DNA of 64,000 nt from Pirellulales bacterium (GCA_016779265.1 JADHNY010000005.1:3477-67476), one strand, 5' to 3'. Positions 37,404 through 47,186 are shown, counted from the stretch's first letter. The notes: a model not told the origin generated them from the letters alone. Numbers and translations are program-made.

Positions 37404-38110
37404 GCATCACCTCCGGCAGAGGCAGCCTTGGCGAGTACTCGGTTGAATGACTCAATCCGTACCCGTCGGGGAAACTGCTCAGCAACTTCTGGCGTGTGTG
37501 TCACGACCACGAGCGCCACGTTCTGCTCCTGACAGGTCTGCTTGAGGAGATCGACCACCTGCTGCTGATGGGCTGGGTCGATGCTGGCTGTCGGCTCATC
37601 GGCGAGGATCACCTTCGGCTGATTCGCCAGCGCCCGGGCCACCGCCACGCGTTGCTGCTCACCCACGCTCAAGGCCGCAGGCTTGTGTGAGAGGCGATGC
37701 CCCAGGCCCACGCTTGTGAGCAATGACTCTGCCCGGCTTCGGTCAGGTCGCGCAGACGAGAAGGCCATCGCCACAAGCACATTCTCGATCGCTGTGAAAC
37801 CGGGTAGGAGATTGAACTGCTGAAAGACAAGCCCCAAACGATCGGCTCGAACGCGGTCACGGGCGGCCTCTGGCAGCCGAGCGAGGTCGACGCCGTCGAG
37901 CACGACGCGTCCTGAATCAGGCCGCATGATGCCGGCAATCACATTCAAGAGCGTGGTCTTGCCAGACCCACTGTGCCCTTCGAGTGCCACCTGCTCACCA
38001 GCCATCACCTCAAACCGTTCGACGTCAAGAATCGGCACGGCCTCACCGGCCGGCGTCCGAAACGCCTTTCGCACCTGCTCGAGCTGAATCACTGCGTCTG
38101 CCATAGGCAA
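37400..38110 (-). CDS. ABC transporter ATP-binding protein (MacB/LolD family)
   Basis: Walker A GHSGSGKTT, signature LSVGEQQRVAVARAL, Walker B VILADEPTASID. Confidence 0.9.
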   Translation of the reverse strand: MPMADAVIQLEQVRKAFRTPAGEAVPILDVERFEVMAGEQVALEGHSGSGKTTLLNVIAGIMRPDSGRVVLDGVDLARLPEAARDRVRADRLGLVFQQFNLLPGFTAIENVLVAMAFSSARPDRSRAESLLTSVGLGHRLSHKPAALSVGEQQRVAVARALANQPKVILADEPTASIDPAHQQQVVDLLKQTCQEQNVALVVVTHTPEVAEQFPRRVRIESFNRVLAKAASAGGDA

Positions 38111-38168
38111 TCACGATACCAGACACCCGACACAACCGTGGACAGCAGTGTCCATGCTGCGAGCGTTC

Positions 38169-39086
38169 CTAGAACGCCCCCGCCCCACCGACGTAGTAGG
38201 TCGTCGCCGGACCGGACTTGTTGGTGGCGGCATTGAAACTGCCGAAGATCGTGAAGCGGCGGTTGATGTTGTGCACCATGCCGCCACCGAGCACCGTCTG
38301 GCTCGCGGGCCGCGGCAGGGCAGCCTGATTCTGAAAGCCCTGCAGGAAGATCGAAGTGTGCTCCGTGATGCCCCTGGCAAATGACCACTGAACAGAATCG
38401 GTGTAGTTGAAGCCGCCGTCGGGTGTTTCATACGTGACAAGGCCCACGTTCCAGTTGACCTCCCAGCCCCATGGCAGGGTGTTGAGAAAGAGCAGCGAAA
38501 TGCCTGGCTGGGTGCCCGCGTCAAAGTCTGGGGTTCCCCAGGGAGTCTGCACGTAGATCTCCATGCCTGTGGCCGGCACAAACAGCTCTTTATCTTCTTC
38601 GAAGAAGTGGATCTTGGTGTCGAAAACGAGGGGCGCAAAGCCGACAACCTCCGGCTCACCGAGACCGGCATTTACCCACGAGAGACCATTTCCATAGAGG
38701 CGAAACTCGACGCGGTCTGTCACTCCCATCCGCAGGAGGTAGTTCCAGCTGTAGCTCTCCGGCTGGAGCGTGTTGATGCTCGCGGTGTAGGTCAGTGGAC
38801 TCATTTCGAGATAGTTCCAGCCTCTCGGCAGCGTGTAGGGGCTGTTCGGGAAGTCGGAGGAGTCTGGGCCGGGTGCTCGAATGTCTGGGGCCTCAAGAGA
38901 CGTCAGCGGATTCACGGGATCAGCAAACGCGCGAGCAAGGAAGCGAGTCCAGGCCCGCGAAGAGTTGAGATCCGGGTCGTCGTCACCCTGGAGAGGGATG
39001 CCGTCGAGGTCGGCAGGATTGGCCCGAGGCGTGAGCGTCTGGGCCTGGGCCCGTGGCAGCCAGGCACCGACTGCCATCACAAGCAT
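38169..39086 (-). CDS. putative outer-membrane beta-barrel protein
   Basis: Only the 3' 305 codons of the listed 777-aa ORF. They carry a signal-like MLVMAVGAWLPRAQA, Gly/aromatic-rich beta-strand periodicity and a terminal ...GGAGAF. ATG at 39086; no better in-frame start was found upstream. Confidence 0.6.
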   Translation of the reverse strand: MLVMAVGAWLPRAQAQTLTPRANPADLDGIPLQGDDDPDLNSSRAWTRFLARAFADPVNPLTSLEAPDIRAPGPDSSDFPNSPYTLPRGWNYLEMSPLTYTASINTLQPESYSWNYLLRMGVTDRVEFRLYGNGLSWVNAGLGEPEVVGFAPLVFDTKIHFFEEDKELFVPATGMEIYVQTPWGTPDFDAGTQPGISLLFLNTLPWGWEVNWNVGLVTYETPDGGFNYTDSVQWSFARGITEHTSIFLQGFQNQAALPRPASQTVLGGGMVHNINRRFTIFGSFNAATNKSGPATTYYVGGAGAF

Positions 39087-39203
39087 TCCAGCCGCGAAAA
39101 ACTGCCAAAATCGCCCACGACCGCGAACGGCTGCCCCCGTTTGAGTAGGCCCCTGTAAACCGTGTATAGTCTCGCCGTCAACGAAACCCACAGGAGTGAT
39201 CAC

Positions 39204-40220
39204 GTGTCCATTCGCGTCGGCATTAACGGATTCGGCCGCATCGGCCGCCTTACCTTTCGCGCCATCTTCGAAAAGTTCGGCCTCGACGGTGACGTCCAAG
39301 TTGTTGCCATCAACGACCTGACCGACGCCGCAACCAACGCACACCTGCTGGCATTCGACTCCAACTACGGCCCCTTCAAGGGCCAGGTGGCTGCCGACGG
39401 CACTGACCTCGTCGTCGACGGCCGCACGATCAAGGTCTTCGCCGAGCGCGAGCCAGGCTCGATTCCATGGGGGAGCCAGGACGTCGACATCGTCGTGGAG
39501 AGCACCGGTTTCTTCACCGACGCCACCAAGGCAGTCGCTCACAAGCGCGACAGCGTGAAGAAGGTGGTCATCTCCGCTCCTGCCAAGAACGAAGATCTGA
39601 CGATCGTTCTCGGCGTGAATGACGGGATGTACGATCCCTCCAAGCATCACGTCATCTCGAATGCGTCCTGCACCACCAACGGTCTCGCCCCCGTGGCAAA
39701 GGTGCTTCACGAGACGTTTGGCATCGACCGTGGTCTGCTGACCACCGTGCACGCCTTCACCAACAGCCAGCGGACGGTCGACACTGCCGCGAAGGACCTG
39801 CGAGACGCTCGTGCCGCTTCCCTGAATATCGTCCCCTCGAGCACCGGTGCTGCGAAGGCTGTTGGCCTCGTGATTCCGGAACTGCAGGGCAAGTTCACCG
39901 GCATGGCCTTCCGCGTGCCCGTGGCGACGGTCAGCGTGGTCGACTTCACCGCCATCCTGAACAAGGATGCGAGCCCCGCTGAGATCAATGCCGCCATGAA
40001 GCAGGCTGCCGACGGGCCGCTCAAGGGCATCCTTCGCTACACGGAACTGCCACTGGTCTCGACCGACCTGCGTGGCGATTCCCACAGCTCGATCTTCTCG
40101 GCTATCGAGACGATCGGCCTGGGCAACTTCGTTAAGGTCGTCAGCTGGTACGACAACGAGTGGGGCTACTCGTCCCGCGTTGCAGATCTGCTCAACTTCC
40201 TGGAGCGGAAGGGGCTCTAA
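39204..40220 (+). CDS. gap: type I glyceraldehyde-3-phosphate dehydrogenase
   Basis: INGFGRIGR, SNASCTTN and WYDNEWGYS. The GTG at 39204 lies 7 nt after AGGAG (39192-39196). The listed start at 39162 adds 14 non-conserved residues. Confidence 0.9.
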   Translation: MSIRVGINGFGRIGRLTFRAIFEKFGLDGDVQVVAINDLTDAATNAHLLAFDSNYGPFKGQVAADGTDLVVDGRTIKVFAEREPGSIPWGSQDVDIVVESTGFFTDATKAVAHKRDSVKKVVISAPAKNEDLTIVLGVNDGMYDPSKHHVISNASCTTNGLAPVAKVLHETFGIDRGLLTTVHAFTNSQRTVDTAAKDLRDARAASLNIVPSSTGAAKAVGLVIPELQGKFTGMAFRVPVATVSVVDFTAILNKDASPAEINAAMKQAADGPLKGILRYTELPLVSTDLRGDSHSSIFSAIETIGLGNFVKVVSWYDNEWGYSSRVADLLNFLERKGL

Positions 40221-40292
40221 ACCGCTCTGCGAGAGCTGACCATTGGGCAAAGCGATCTCCGCTGCCAAATGCTGATGCTGCCGCGAAACCTG

Positions 40293-40326
40293 GGGCAGGT
40301 CGTCTGCGGACGACCTGCCCTTTTTT
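40293..40326 (+). terminator. rho-independent terminator of gap
   Basis: 12-bp perfect stem (gggcaggtcgtc / gacgacctgccc), tgcg loop, then TTTTTT. Verified base by base. Confidence 0.85.
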
Positions 40327-40562
40327 CGTATCAGGCCACAGGCTCCGATGATGCGGTGGCGGGCTTTCCTCGGCGTACGTACACGCTGGTCGTGGAGGTC
40401 GCCTGCAGGCAGATCATCGCAGCCAGCGGAGAGGCACCGTTTGCTACTGCGAGTCGCAGCCACGGCCCGCCTAAACTCTTCTGGTAGGCCTCTGTTCATC
40501 ACTCACGTCTCGCTCAGCGAGGCTCCCGTGTCTACCGGCGATTGACAGCCCGCCTGTGCGTT

Positions 40563-41732
40563 TTAGGGAATGCTGATCGGTGTCTCTGCGCGGGCCACCC
40601 CCTCAGCCGCTCGCAGTTCCACGTGCACCACTCCGGCGAACTTTTGAGGTGCCTGCTGCCACGGCAGGAGGAATCGCAGGCCTCGACTGCGAGACGTACT
40701 GCGGAACGTGCTCGCGGCATCTGCAGCGGGAATCGTCCAGGAGGCAAGGGCTGCCGAAGACTCGTGTACCGAGGCTGGGTGCACAGTGATCACGACATCG
40801 CCGCTGGCAGCGATCAGCCGCTCATCAAGATCCCTCGGCTCAAACACCACCGAGAGCGCATCCGGGATGCCATCTGTGTTGGTGTCAACGGCCCGTGTCT
40901 CTGAGCGATTGATCACGATTCGCTCCAGAACCGCCTCGACAGGCAGCGGGGCCAGGGAGGACGCCTCACCATCGATCGACGCTGCCATCTCCTGCTGATA
41001 CGAGAGCGGCTGGATGAAACCTCCAGTTGGCCGACGAAAGTCATCCTGGATCGCCGATGCCTGCTGAGCAGTTTCATCAAGCAGGCCGGGGGCTGAGGCC
41101 TGTGGTGCCACAAATGTTGGAGCAAAACTCGGACCATCGTCAAATCCGTCATTGAGCGGATCACTCCCCACCTCAGGAATCACCTCCGGCTCGAGAGCGG
41201 GCACGGTCACCTCAGGCATCAGACCGAAGGCAGGCGGTGCGTCACCACCATCATCACCAGGAGTATCGCCATCAGCACCGTCTACAGGACCGGAAGGGAG
41301 GGGCGGCACGCCCTCAAGCACCGGCAGCCCTGCAGGAGCCGGCGGCGACGTGGGCGGCGGCAGCACAGATGGGGGAGCCGGATCGGAGAGCTCGATCGTC
41401 GGTGGCGCAAAAGCTGGTGCAGAACTGCTCCCACTCGACGAGGATCGACCAGAGGCAGTTCCGCCTGCACGGCCACGAACAGGAGCCGCATCACCGTAAC
41501 CCAGCTGTCGCTTGAGCGATGCGTTCTCCTGAACCACATACTCCAGCCGAGCGCACTTCTCATCGAGCACGTCTTGCAGACGGTAGATCTGATCTTCCTG
41601 CAGCCGCAGCTCTCGCTCCAGTAGCTGGCTGTTGAGATGGCTCTGACAGCCAACGAGTGTGCTTCCAACAAGGGCGACAACGGCGGCCGTCGCCAGTCCA
41701 TTAGCTTTCGTCACTGACAAGCAGTGTGCCAT
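40563..41732 (-). CDS. hypothetical lipoprotein with coiled-coil and Pro-rich regions
   Basis: Lipobox LVGC, a heptad-like segment (LERELRLQEDQIYRLQDVLDEK), a Pro/Ser/Gly-rich middle and a beta-rich C-terminus. No family recognised. Confidence 0.55.
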   Translation of the reverse strand: MAHCLSVTKANGLATAAVVALVGSTLVGCQSHLNSQLLERELRLQEDQIYRLQDVLDEKCARLEYVVQENASLKRQLGYGDAAPVRGRAGGTASGRSSSSGSSSAPAFAPPTIELSDPAPPSVLPPPTSPPAPAGLPVLEGVPPLPSGPVDGADGDTPGDDGGDAPPAFGLMPEVTVPALEPEVIPEVGSDPLNDGFDDGPSFAPTFVAPQASAPGLLDETAQQASAIQDDFRRPTGGFIQPLSYQQEMAASIDGEASSLAPLPVEAVLERIVINRSETRAVDTNTDGIPDALSVVFEPRDLDERLIAASGDVVITVHPASVHESSAALASWTIPAADAASTFRSTSRSRGLRFLLPWQQAPQKFAGVVHVELRAAEGVARAETPISIP

Positions 41733-41790
41733 CTCGCGCCTCCATGCGCGGGGTCGATTGATGATGGGGCGACCTATCGCGGCCGCAGAA

Positions 41791-42393
41791 CTAGCCGACG
41801 CCCTTCACGGCGGGCATGTGTTCAATCACCTCGTCGATCAGCCGGTACTCGAGCGCCTCCTGCGCCGACATAAACCGGTCTCGGTCGGTGTCCTGTTCGA
41901 TTTTTTCCAGCGGATGTCCGGTGTGCTTCAACAAGATCGAGTTGAGCTTGTGCTTCACGTTCCGGAACTCGTTGGCATGAATCATGATCTCTTCAGCGGT
42001 GCCCTCCATCCCGGCGAGAGGCTGATGGATCATGATCCTGGAGTTGGGGAGCGCCCGACGCTTGCCTTTCGCGCCCGCTGTCAGCAGAACGGCGCCCATC
42101 GAGGCACACTGGCCGATGCAGTAGGTGGCAACGTCGCAGGTCACAAACTGCATCGTGTCGTAGATCGCCAAGCCCGCTGTGACACTCCCGCCAGGCGAGT
42201 TGATGTAGAGGTGGATATCACTTGTCGGATCGTCTGACTGCAGAAACAGCAGCTGCGCCACGATCGCATTGGCCACCTCGTCATTCACCTGACTCCCAAG
42301 GAACACAATCCGGTCCTTGAGCAGACGGCTGTAGATATCCATCGCCCGCTCTTCGCGGCCGCTCTTCTCAATGACAAAGGGAATCAGGGGCAT
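41791..42393 (-). CDS. clpP: ATP-dependent Clp protease proteolytic subunit
   Basis: [23 protein letters not shown] (Ser) and IMIHQP (His). Confidence 0.9.
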   Translation of the reverse strand: MPLIPFVIEKSGREERAMDIYSRLLKDRIVFLGSQVNDEVANAIVAQLLFLQSDDPTSDIHLYINSPGGSVTAGLAIYDTMQFVTCDVATYCIGQCASMGAVLLTAGAKGKRRALPNSRIMIHQPLAGMEGTAEEIMIHANEFRNVKHKLNSILLKHTGHPLEKIEQDTDRDRFMSAQEALEYRLIDEVIEHMPAVKGVG

Positions 42394-42490
42394 GCTGGTT
42401 CTCGTAGGTCGGGGATTCCGCTGTTGTTCACATACTGCCTCAGGCGATCTTGCCGAGCACGACCGGCAGACTCTGAGCAGCTGGCCTTCG

Positions 42491-43138
42491 TCACTCGGCC
42501 TCTTCTTCCGTCACCGGAGGCTTCGACAGAACCTCGTCGACCAGGCCGTACTCCTTGGCCTCGCCGGCAGTGAGGTACCGGTCACGGTCTGTGTCTTTCG
42601 CAATCCGCTCAAGCGGCTGACCTGTGTGGTCGGCCAGGATTTCATTGAGCACCGCACGGGTCTTGATGATCTCGTCAGCCTGGATCTCGATGTCGCTCAC
42701 CTGGCCACCGACCTGTCCATACGGCTGGTGGATCATCACCTTGGCGTGCGGCAACGCGAACCGCTTCCCTTTCGCGCCACCCGCAAGCAGCACCGCACCA
42801 CCACTGGCTGCCAGGCCCACGCAGTAAGTCGCCACAGGACACGAGAGGATCTGCATCGTGTCGTAGATCGCCATCGTGGCGGTGACACTGCCACCAGGAG
42901 AGTTGATGTAGAAGTGGATGTCCTTCCGCCGATTCTCACTCTGCAGATAGAGCAGCTTCATCACCAACTCGTTGGCGTTGCCGTCGTAGATCTCTCCTTG
43001 CAGGAGGATGATCCGGTTCTCCAACAGCAGGTCACCAAGCGTCATCGTCCGCTGCCGCTGATACTCACGCTGGGCAGACGACAGGCGGGGGGTGGCGAGA
43101 CTGTCCGGACGAAAAGACGCGTCAGGAAGATGCTGCAT
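42491..43138 (-). CDS. clpP: ATP-dependent Clp protease proteolytic subunit (second paralog)
   Basis: [23 protein letters not shown] and VMIHQP. Has a roughly 30-aa N-terminal extension. Confidence 0.9.
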   Translation of the reverse strand: MQHLPDASFRPDSLATPRLSSAQREYQRQRTMTLGDLLLENRIILLQGEIYDGNANELVMKLLYLQSENRRKDIHFYINSPGGSVTATMAIYDTMQILSCPVATYCVGLAASGGAVLLAGGAKGKRFALPHAKVMIHQPYGQVGGQVSDIEIQADEIIKTRAVLNEILADHTGQPLERIAKDTDRDRYLTAGEAKEYGLVDEVLSKPPVTEEEAE

Positions 43139-43179
43139 CGGGGCTGTTTCTCGGATTCTGGGAAAGGATGCTCTGAGGC

Positions 43180-44697
43180 CTACCGTCGTGCTCCACGACC
43201 CGTACCAGCTTCGGCATGCTTGGCCGTCGGGATCTCTTCTTCGCCAGCGGCCACACCACAGACAGCATGGTCAACCGCGTCTGCATCCGGCTTCTCGAAC
43301 TCAAACGGCACGTCCTTAAACGTGGCCTCTGATTCGATGAGACTAACGGTCTTCCGCTCGATGATCTGGTTGCGAAGGACGTCCATCAGACCTCGCTTCT
43401 CGAGATTGGCACGGACGCGGCGAGGCGACTCACTGGTCTGTGCGGCAATCGCGCGAATCTCTTCGTCGTAGTCGGCCGCCGTCTCAGCGATCGACGCCTC
43501 TTCCGCAATCCGCTCAAGGATGAAGTGCTCCTTCAGCGAACGGGCGGTGCTCGCCATCACGCTCTGACGAAGCTGATTGACATAGCGACGGATTGAGTCG
43601 TCATCGAATCCGCTGCGACGAAGCTCGAGAATGGATCGCTCCAGCTCACGCAGGCTCTGCCGCTTGAGCAGCTCAGGGGGAAGCTCCCAGTCTGCCGATG
43701 CCGTCAGCGCCTCGGCAACCTGCTGCCGCACCCGCTGCCGACGATGGTAGTCGAGCCGGTTCTCAAGCTGCTGACGCACGGCGGTGCGGAGTTCTTCTTC
43801 CGACTCAAATGCGCCCAACTCGGCAATCACCGCTGGGGTCAGTTCGGGAAGCTCAAAACGCTTCACCTCCACAATCTCCACCTCCATCGTGACCTTCTTG
43901 CCACGCAGCTCTTCGACAGCAGCTTCATCAGAGATGGTGACGTCACCCGTCACCTTGTCACCGGCCTTGGCGGAGGTGACAAGTGACTCGAAGCCGTCGA
44001 ACTCGGCGTCGGCAAAGGAGAGCTTCGGACGGACGATGATCTCCATCTCCTCAGCCCGCGAGATTTCCTTGTCACCGTCGAGGAACCGCAGCGTGGCAAC
44101 CACGAGGTCGCCTGATGTTGGCGAGCCATCACTCGGTACCAGCCGACCACGTTCCCGCAGCAGATTCCCGAGTGCCTCGTCGACGTCTGCGTCAACGATC
44201 TCACGTGTTGGCCGCTCGATCTCAAGGCCCTTCCACTTGGGCATCTCGAACTCTGGCCGGACTTCGATACCAAACTCGAAAATCATCGGGCCGTCTTCAG
44301 GCAGCAGCACCGATCCGACGTCGAGGTCAGGCTCACTGATCGGTGCGAGCTTGGCCTGCTCGGCCACCTGCTCCATCGCGTCGCTGAGCAGTTTGGTGCG
44401 GATCTGGTCAGCCAGTTCTGTCTTGAATCGCTGCCCGACGAGAGACCGAGGGGCCCGCCCTGGACGGAATCCAGGCAGCAATGCTGTCGGCACGAGATCC
44501 TTGACCGCTTCCTCGCGGTAGCGGTCGATGTCTTCCCGGGGAACCGTGACCTTCACCCGTCGCTGACAGGTCGACACGTTGGTGACATCAATCTCGATCG
44601 CGAGAGGGGTGGTGGTCACCACCTCATCCCCGAGTGCTTCAGGGGAGGATTCGAGAGCGGAGGACGACGAAGGGGAATCACTGGCCGACATGGTCAC
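43180..44697 (-). CDS. tig: trigger factor
   Basis: Ribosome-binding GFRPGRAP motif, size and acidic composition. Its position upstream of clpP is the classical arrangement. Confidence 0.85.
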   Translation of the reverse strand: MTMSASDSPSSSSALESSPEALGDEVVTTTPLAIEIDVTNVSTCQRRVKVTVPREDIDRYREEAVKDLVPTALLPGFRPGRAPRSLVGQRFKTELADQIRTKLLSDAMEQVAEQAKLAPISEPDLDVGSVLLPEDGPMIFEFGIEVRPEFEMPKWKGLEIERPTREIVDADVDEALGNLLRERGRLVPSDGSPTSGDLVVATLRFLDGDKEISRAEEMEIIVRPKLSFADAEFDGFESLVTSAKAGDKVTGDVTISDEAAVEELRGKKVTMEVEIVEVKRFELPELTPAVIAELGAFESEEELRTAVRQQLENRLDYHRRQRVRQQVAEALTASADWELPPELLKRQSLRELERSILELRRSGFDDDSIRRYVNQLRQSVMASTARSLKEHFILERIAEEASIAETAADYDEEIRAIAAQTSESPRRVRANLEKRGLMDVLRNQIIERKTVSLIESEATFKDVPFEFEKPDADAVDHAVCGVAAGEEEIPTAKHAEAGTGRGARR

Positions 44698-45042
44698 TCA
44701 CGGAGAGAGGAAAAGTTCGAGGTTGAAAACACGAAACTGGGGACGTTGGGAGAGAGCCTTCACCGACATACCGCACAACCTCTCTATCAGACCGAAACCC
44801 ATACCAAGCCCTGCTTCCCGCCACAATCGCAGCAGGAGCAGACTCATGGGTTACAGGCTGGGCGAAAGGCCGACAGCAGCCACATCCCGCTTGAGGGCCG
44901 CTGCTCAACCTGGGGTGAAAAATGATACTCCTGCGGTGGGCACTCACCCCGCCACCAGAGGCGATCAATCCTGCATCCCAGGCATTCCGGCACCAACTAC
45001 CCCAACGCCCCGGGAAATTTCCCAGGCACATGATCGCAGGAA

Positions 45043-45115
45043 AGCGGGTGATGGGATTCGAACCCACGACAACCACGTTGGCAACGTGGTGCTCTACCAA
45101 CTGAGCTACACCCGC
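45043..45115 (-). tRNA. tRNA-Gly (anticodon GCC)
   Basis: Reverse complement reads GCGGGTGTAGCTCAGTTGGTAGAGCACCACGTTGCCAACGTGGTTGTCGTGGGTTCGAATCCCATCACCCGCT. It has a 7-bp acceptor stem, a TTGCCAA anticodon loop and a GGTTCGAATCC T-arm. CCA is not encoded. Confidence 0.9.
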
Positions 45116-45431
45116 GGTTGCATGTCACCAAGTTCCCATGAACTCGGGCATGACTGTACAGCCACGATCTTACGGCGCGACAGCGGGCCGGAAAACCCAC
45201 TCTCAAGCCGCCCACCCGGCGATTGTTACCACACGCCGGGGCGGCTTCCTTGCCTGGGAGCCCTGCGATTATAGATCCCTTCAGACCTCCCGCAAGGTCA
45301 GTCAACTGGTTTGCGGAAACTCTCAGGTCGCGGCCGCTCCCCCAGTTCCCCCGTTCCACCGACCACCCCACAGCCGTATTCTCACAAGCGGTCACCTGAT
45401 CGTCCCCGAGTCGCTTCTCACCGAGAAACCC

Positions 45432-46247
45432 ATGTCACACCAGCCGGCAGCACCCCGCGACCGCCGCGTCACGGTCACCGACCTTGGCCGAGCAAAACAG
45501 CAGGGCCGTCCCATCACAATGGCGACGGCCTACGACTGGCCGTCAGCCCGCCTCGTCGACGAAGCGGGCATCGACTGTGTTCTTGTTGGCGACAGCGTGG
45601 CGATGGTGGTCGCAGGCCGGGACTCCACGATTCCCGCAACGCTCGAGCAGATGCTCTACCACGGCGAGATCGTGGCCCGCGGCTGTCGACGGGCACTGGT
45701 CGTGGTCGACCTGCCCTTTCCGCTGCAACACCTCGGCACAATTCGGGCTATCGAAGCCTCTGCCCGCCTGCTCAAGGAGACAGGCTGCCAGGCCATCAAG
45801 CTCGAAGGCACCGCAGGCCAGGCGGAGGTGATCGCCGGCATCGTGGCCGCTGGCATCCCGGTGATGGGACATGTCGGCCTTCGACCTCAGGCAGTCCACC
45901 AACTGGGTGGCTACCGTGTGCAGCGGGACCGGGATCAGCTGTTCGAGGATGCGACCGCAGCCGCTGAGGCCGGGGCGTTCGCTGTCGTGCTCGAGTGCGT
46001 TCCTGAGGCAATTGCCCGCGAAATCACTGAGAGCCTGCCCGTGCCGACAATCGGCATCGGAGCAGGCTCTTCATGTTCTGGCCAGGTGCTCGTGTTTCAC
46101 GACCTGGTGGGGCTTTCCCAAGACAGGGTGCCCAGCTTTGTTCGCTCCTACGCAGCGGTTGGCAACGATATCCGCAGCGGCCTTCGCCGGTGGCATGAGG
46201 ATGTCGTCAACCGACGGTTCCCTGGCCCCGACGAAACGCCCGCGTAG
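45432..46247 (+). CDS. panB: 3-methyl-2-oxobutanoate hydroxymethyltransferase
   Basis: ITMATAYDWPSARL, VLVGDSVAMVV, IKLEG and MGHVGLRPQ. ATG at 45432. The 98 upstream codons of the listed ORF cross the tRNA flank. Confidence 0.9.
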   Translation: MSHQPAAPRDRRVTVTDLGRAKQQGRPITMATAYDWPSARLVDEAGIDCVLVGDSVAMVVAGRDSTIPATLEQMLYHGEIVARGCRRALVVVDLPFPLQHLGTIRAIEASARLLKETGCQAIKLEGTAGQAEVIAGIVAAGIPVMGHVGLRPQAVHQLGGYRVQRDRDQLFEDATAAAEAGAFAVVLECVPEAIAREITESLPVPTIGIGAGSSCSGQVLVFHDLVGLSQDRVPSFVRSYAAVGNDIRSGLRRWHEDVVNRRFPGPDETPA

Positions 46248-46259
46248 GCCCCAACTCGG

Positions 46260-46631
46260 CTACGGCAGAACAACCTCGTCGGAGATCACCACCGGCCGGC
46301 TCGACGTCATGCCAACGCCTGTGGGACCTGGCAACACCGCTGGACCACCAGTCGGCAGGGGTGCACCAGCACAGATGTCACACCCGGGCTGCATCGGCTG
46401 GCACGGCACGCCAGTGGCACAGGGTTGCATCGTGGGAGCCGCCATGGCCGGCTGCCGCGGAGGTGTGCCCACAAATCCCGGTGGAGCGTGACCGAAGCAT
46501 CGCTCGTACTTCCAGACTTCGAGGGCGATGTACTTCTCGTTAAGGGTCTTGCAGCCGCTTGTCGCAGCCGCAGCCACGAGCATGAGCGGCATCCATGCGG
46601 CTATCTGCCGCCGCTGCCACATCGATCTCAT
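46260..46631 (-). CDS. small Pro/Cys-rich lipoprotein (hypothetical)
   Basis: ATG at 46631 preceded by GGAGG. Lipobox AAATSGC. 123 aa. Confidence 0.5.
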   Translation of the reverse strand: MRSMWQRRQIAAWMPLMLVAAAATSGCKTLNEKYIALEVWKYERCFGHAPPGFVGTPPRQPAMAAPTMQPCATGVPCQPMQPGCDICAGAPLPTGGPAVLPGPTGVGMTSSRPVVISDEVVLP

Positions 46632-46941
46632 CGGACTACCTCCTGGCCTGAAAGGCCACCTCAAAGATGCCATCCAGAGGATGGAAGCGTGGAGGCTCCG
46701 TGTGTCGCCTCGCGGGGTTGGCCTTCGCAGGCCACGAAACACTACCCCACGGCATTGGGAGAGCAAGCAAACCACGCGTCACACCTTGCCGCAGTTCTTG
46801 AGCGCGCGGGAAGATGTGACGGTCGTGCCTAGAGAATGGTCGCGAGAATGCGCGATCACCAACGAGATTCCTCAAGAGAACCCGTCTTCGCCAAAATCTC
46901 ATGTCCGCAGTCAGAGAAAACGAACGACTGCGACAGCTGCG

Positions 46942-47031
46942 TTACCGCTTGCGATGCCGAATCTTGGCCCGCATGCGACGCTTCTTCTGGCCGAGTTTCC
47001 GACGGCCCTTGCCACTTTTCTTGACACCCAT
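46942..47031 (-). CDS. 29-aa highly basic peptide, possible bS22-like (AURKAIP1/COX24-type) ribosomal protein
   Basis: Not in the ORF track because it is under 60 aa. Hand translation: MGVKKSGKGRRKLGQKKRRMRAKIRHRKR*. GGAG lies about 15 nt upstream. 16 of 29 residues are Lys/Arg. Confidence 0.45.
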   Translation of the reverse strand: MGVKKSGKGRRKLGQKKRRMRAKIRHRKR

Positions 47032-47186
47032 GCTCTGCACGTCTCCAGTCGAGTCCGCGGCCACACTCCCTCGCACGGCGCGAACAGGGCTGAAAAAACC
47101 TCGTGAGGGTCATCGGCAGCGAACCATCGATTGTAGAATCGCGACGGCGCGACTCAAGCCCTGAGTCCACCGGAGAGAGAGACGGC

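Noticed and set aside
38169-40502. 777-aa ORF on the minus strand
   Set aside because: It is chimeric. Only the last 305 codons (38169-39086) look like a real exported beta-barrel protein. The upstream 470 codons run exactly antisense to the well-supported gap gene (39204-40220) and have Arg/Gly/Asp-rich shadow-ORF composition.
42371-43471. 366-aa plus-strand ORF
   Set aside because: It spans the clpP/clpP/tig genes on the opposite strand and crosses their intergenic gaps. It is not coding.
45138-45431. N-terminal 98 codons of the listed panB ORF, and similar 5' extensions at 14293, 16279, 19312, 28240, 47103, 36246 and 19439
   Set aside because: These extensions lack conservation-like sequence. 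They overlap neighbouring genes or the tRNA flank. In each case an internal ATG/GTG with a Shine-Dalgarno-like motif or a signal peptide gives the canonical protein N-terminus.
44698-45431. Integrated element at tRNA-Gly
   Set aside because: There is no integrase, no direct repeat of the tRNA 3' end, and no compositional shift that I could see. The flanks are tig and panB.
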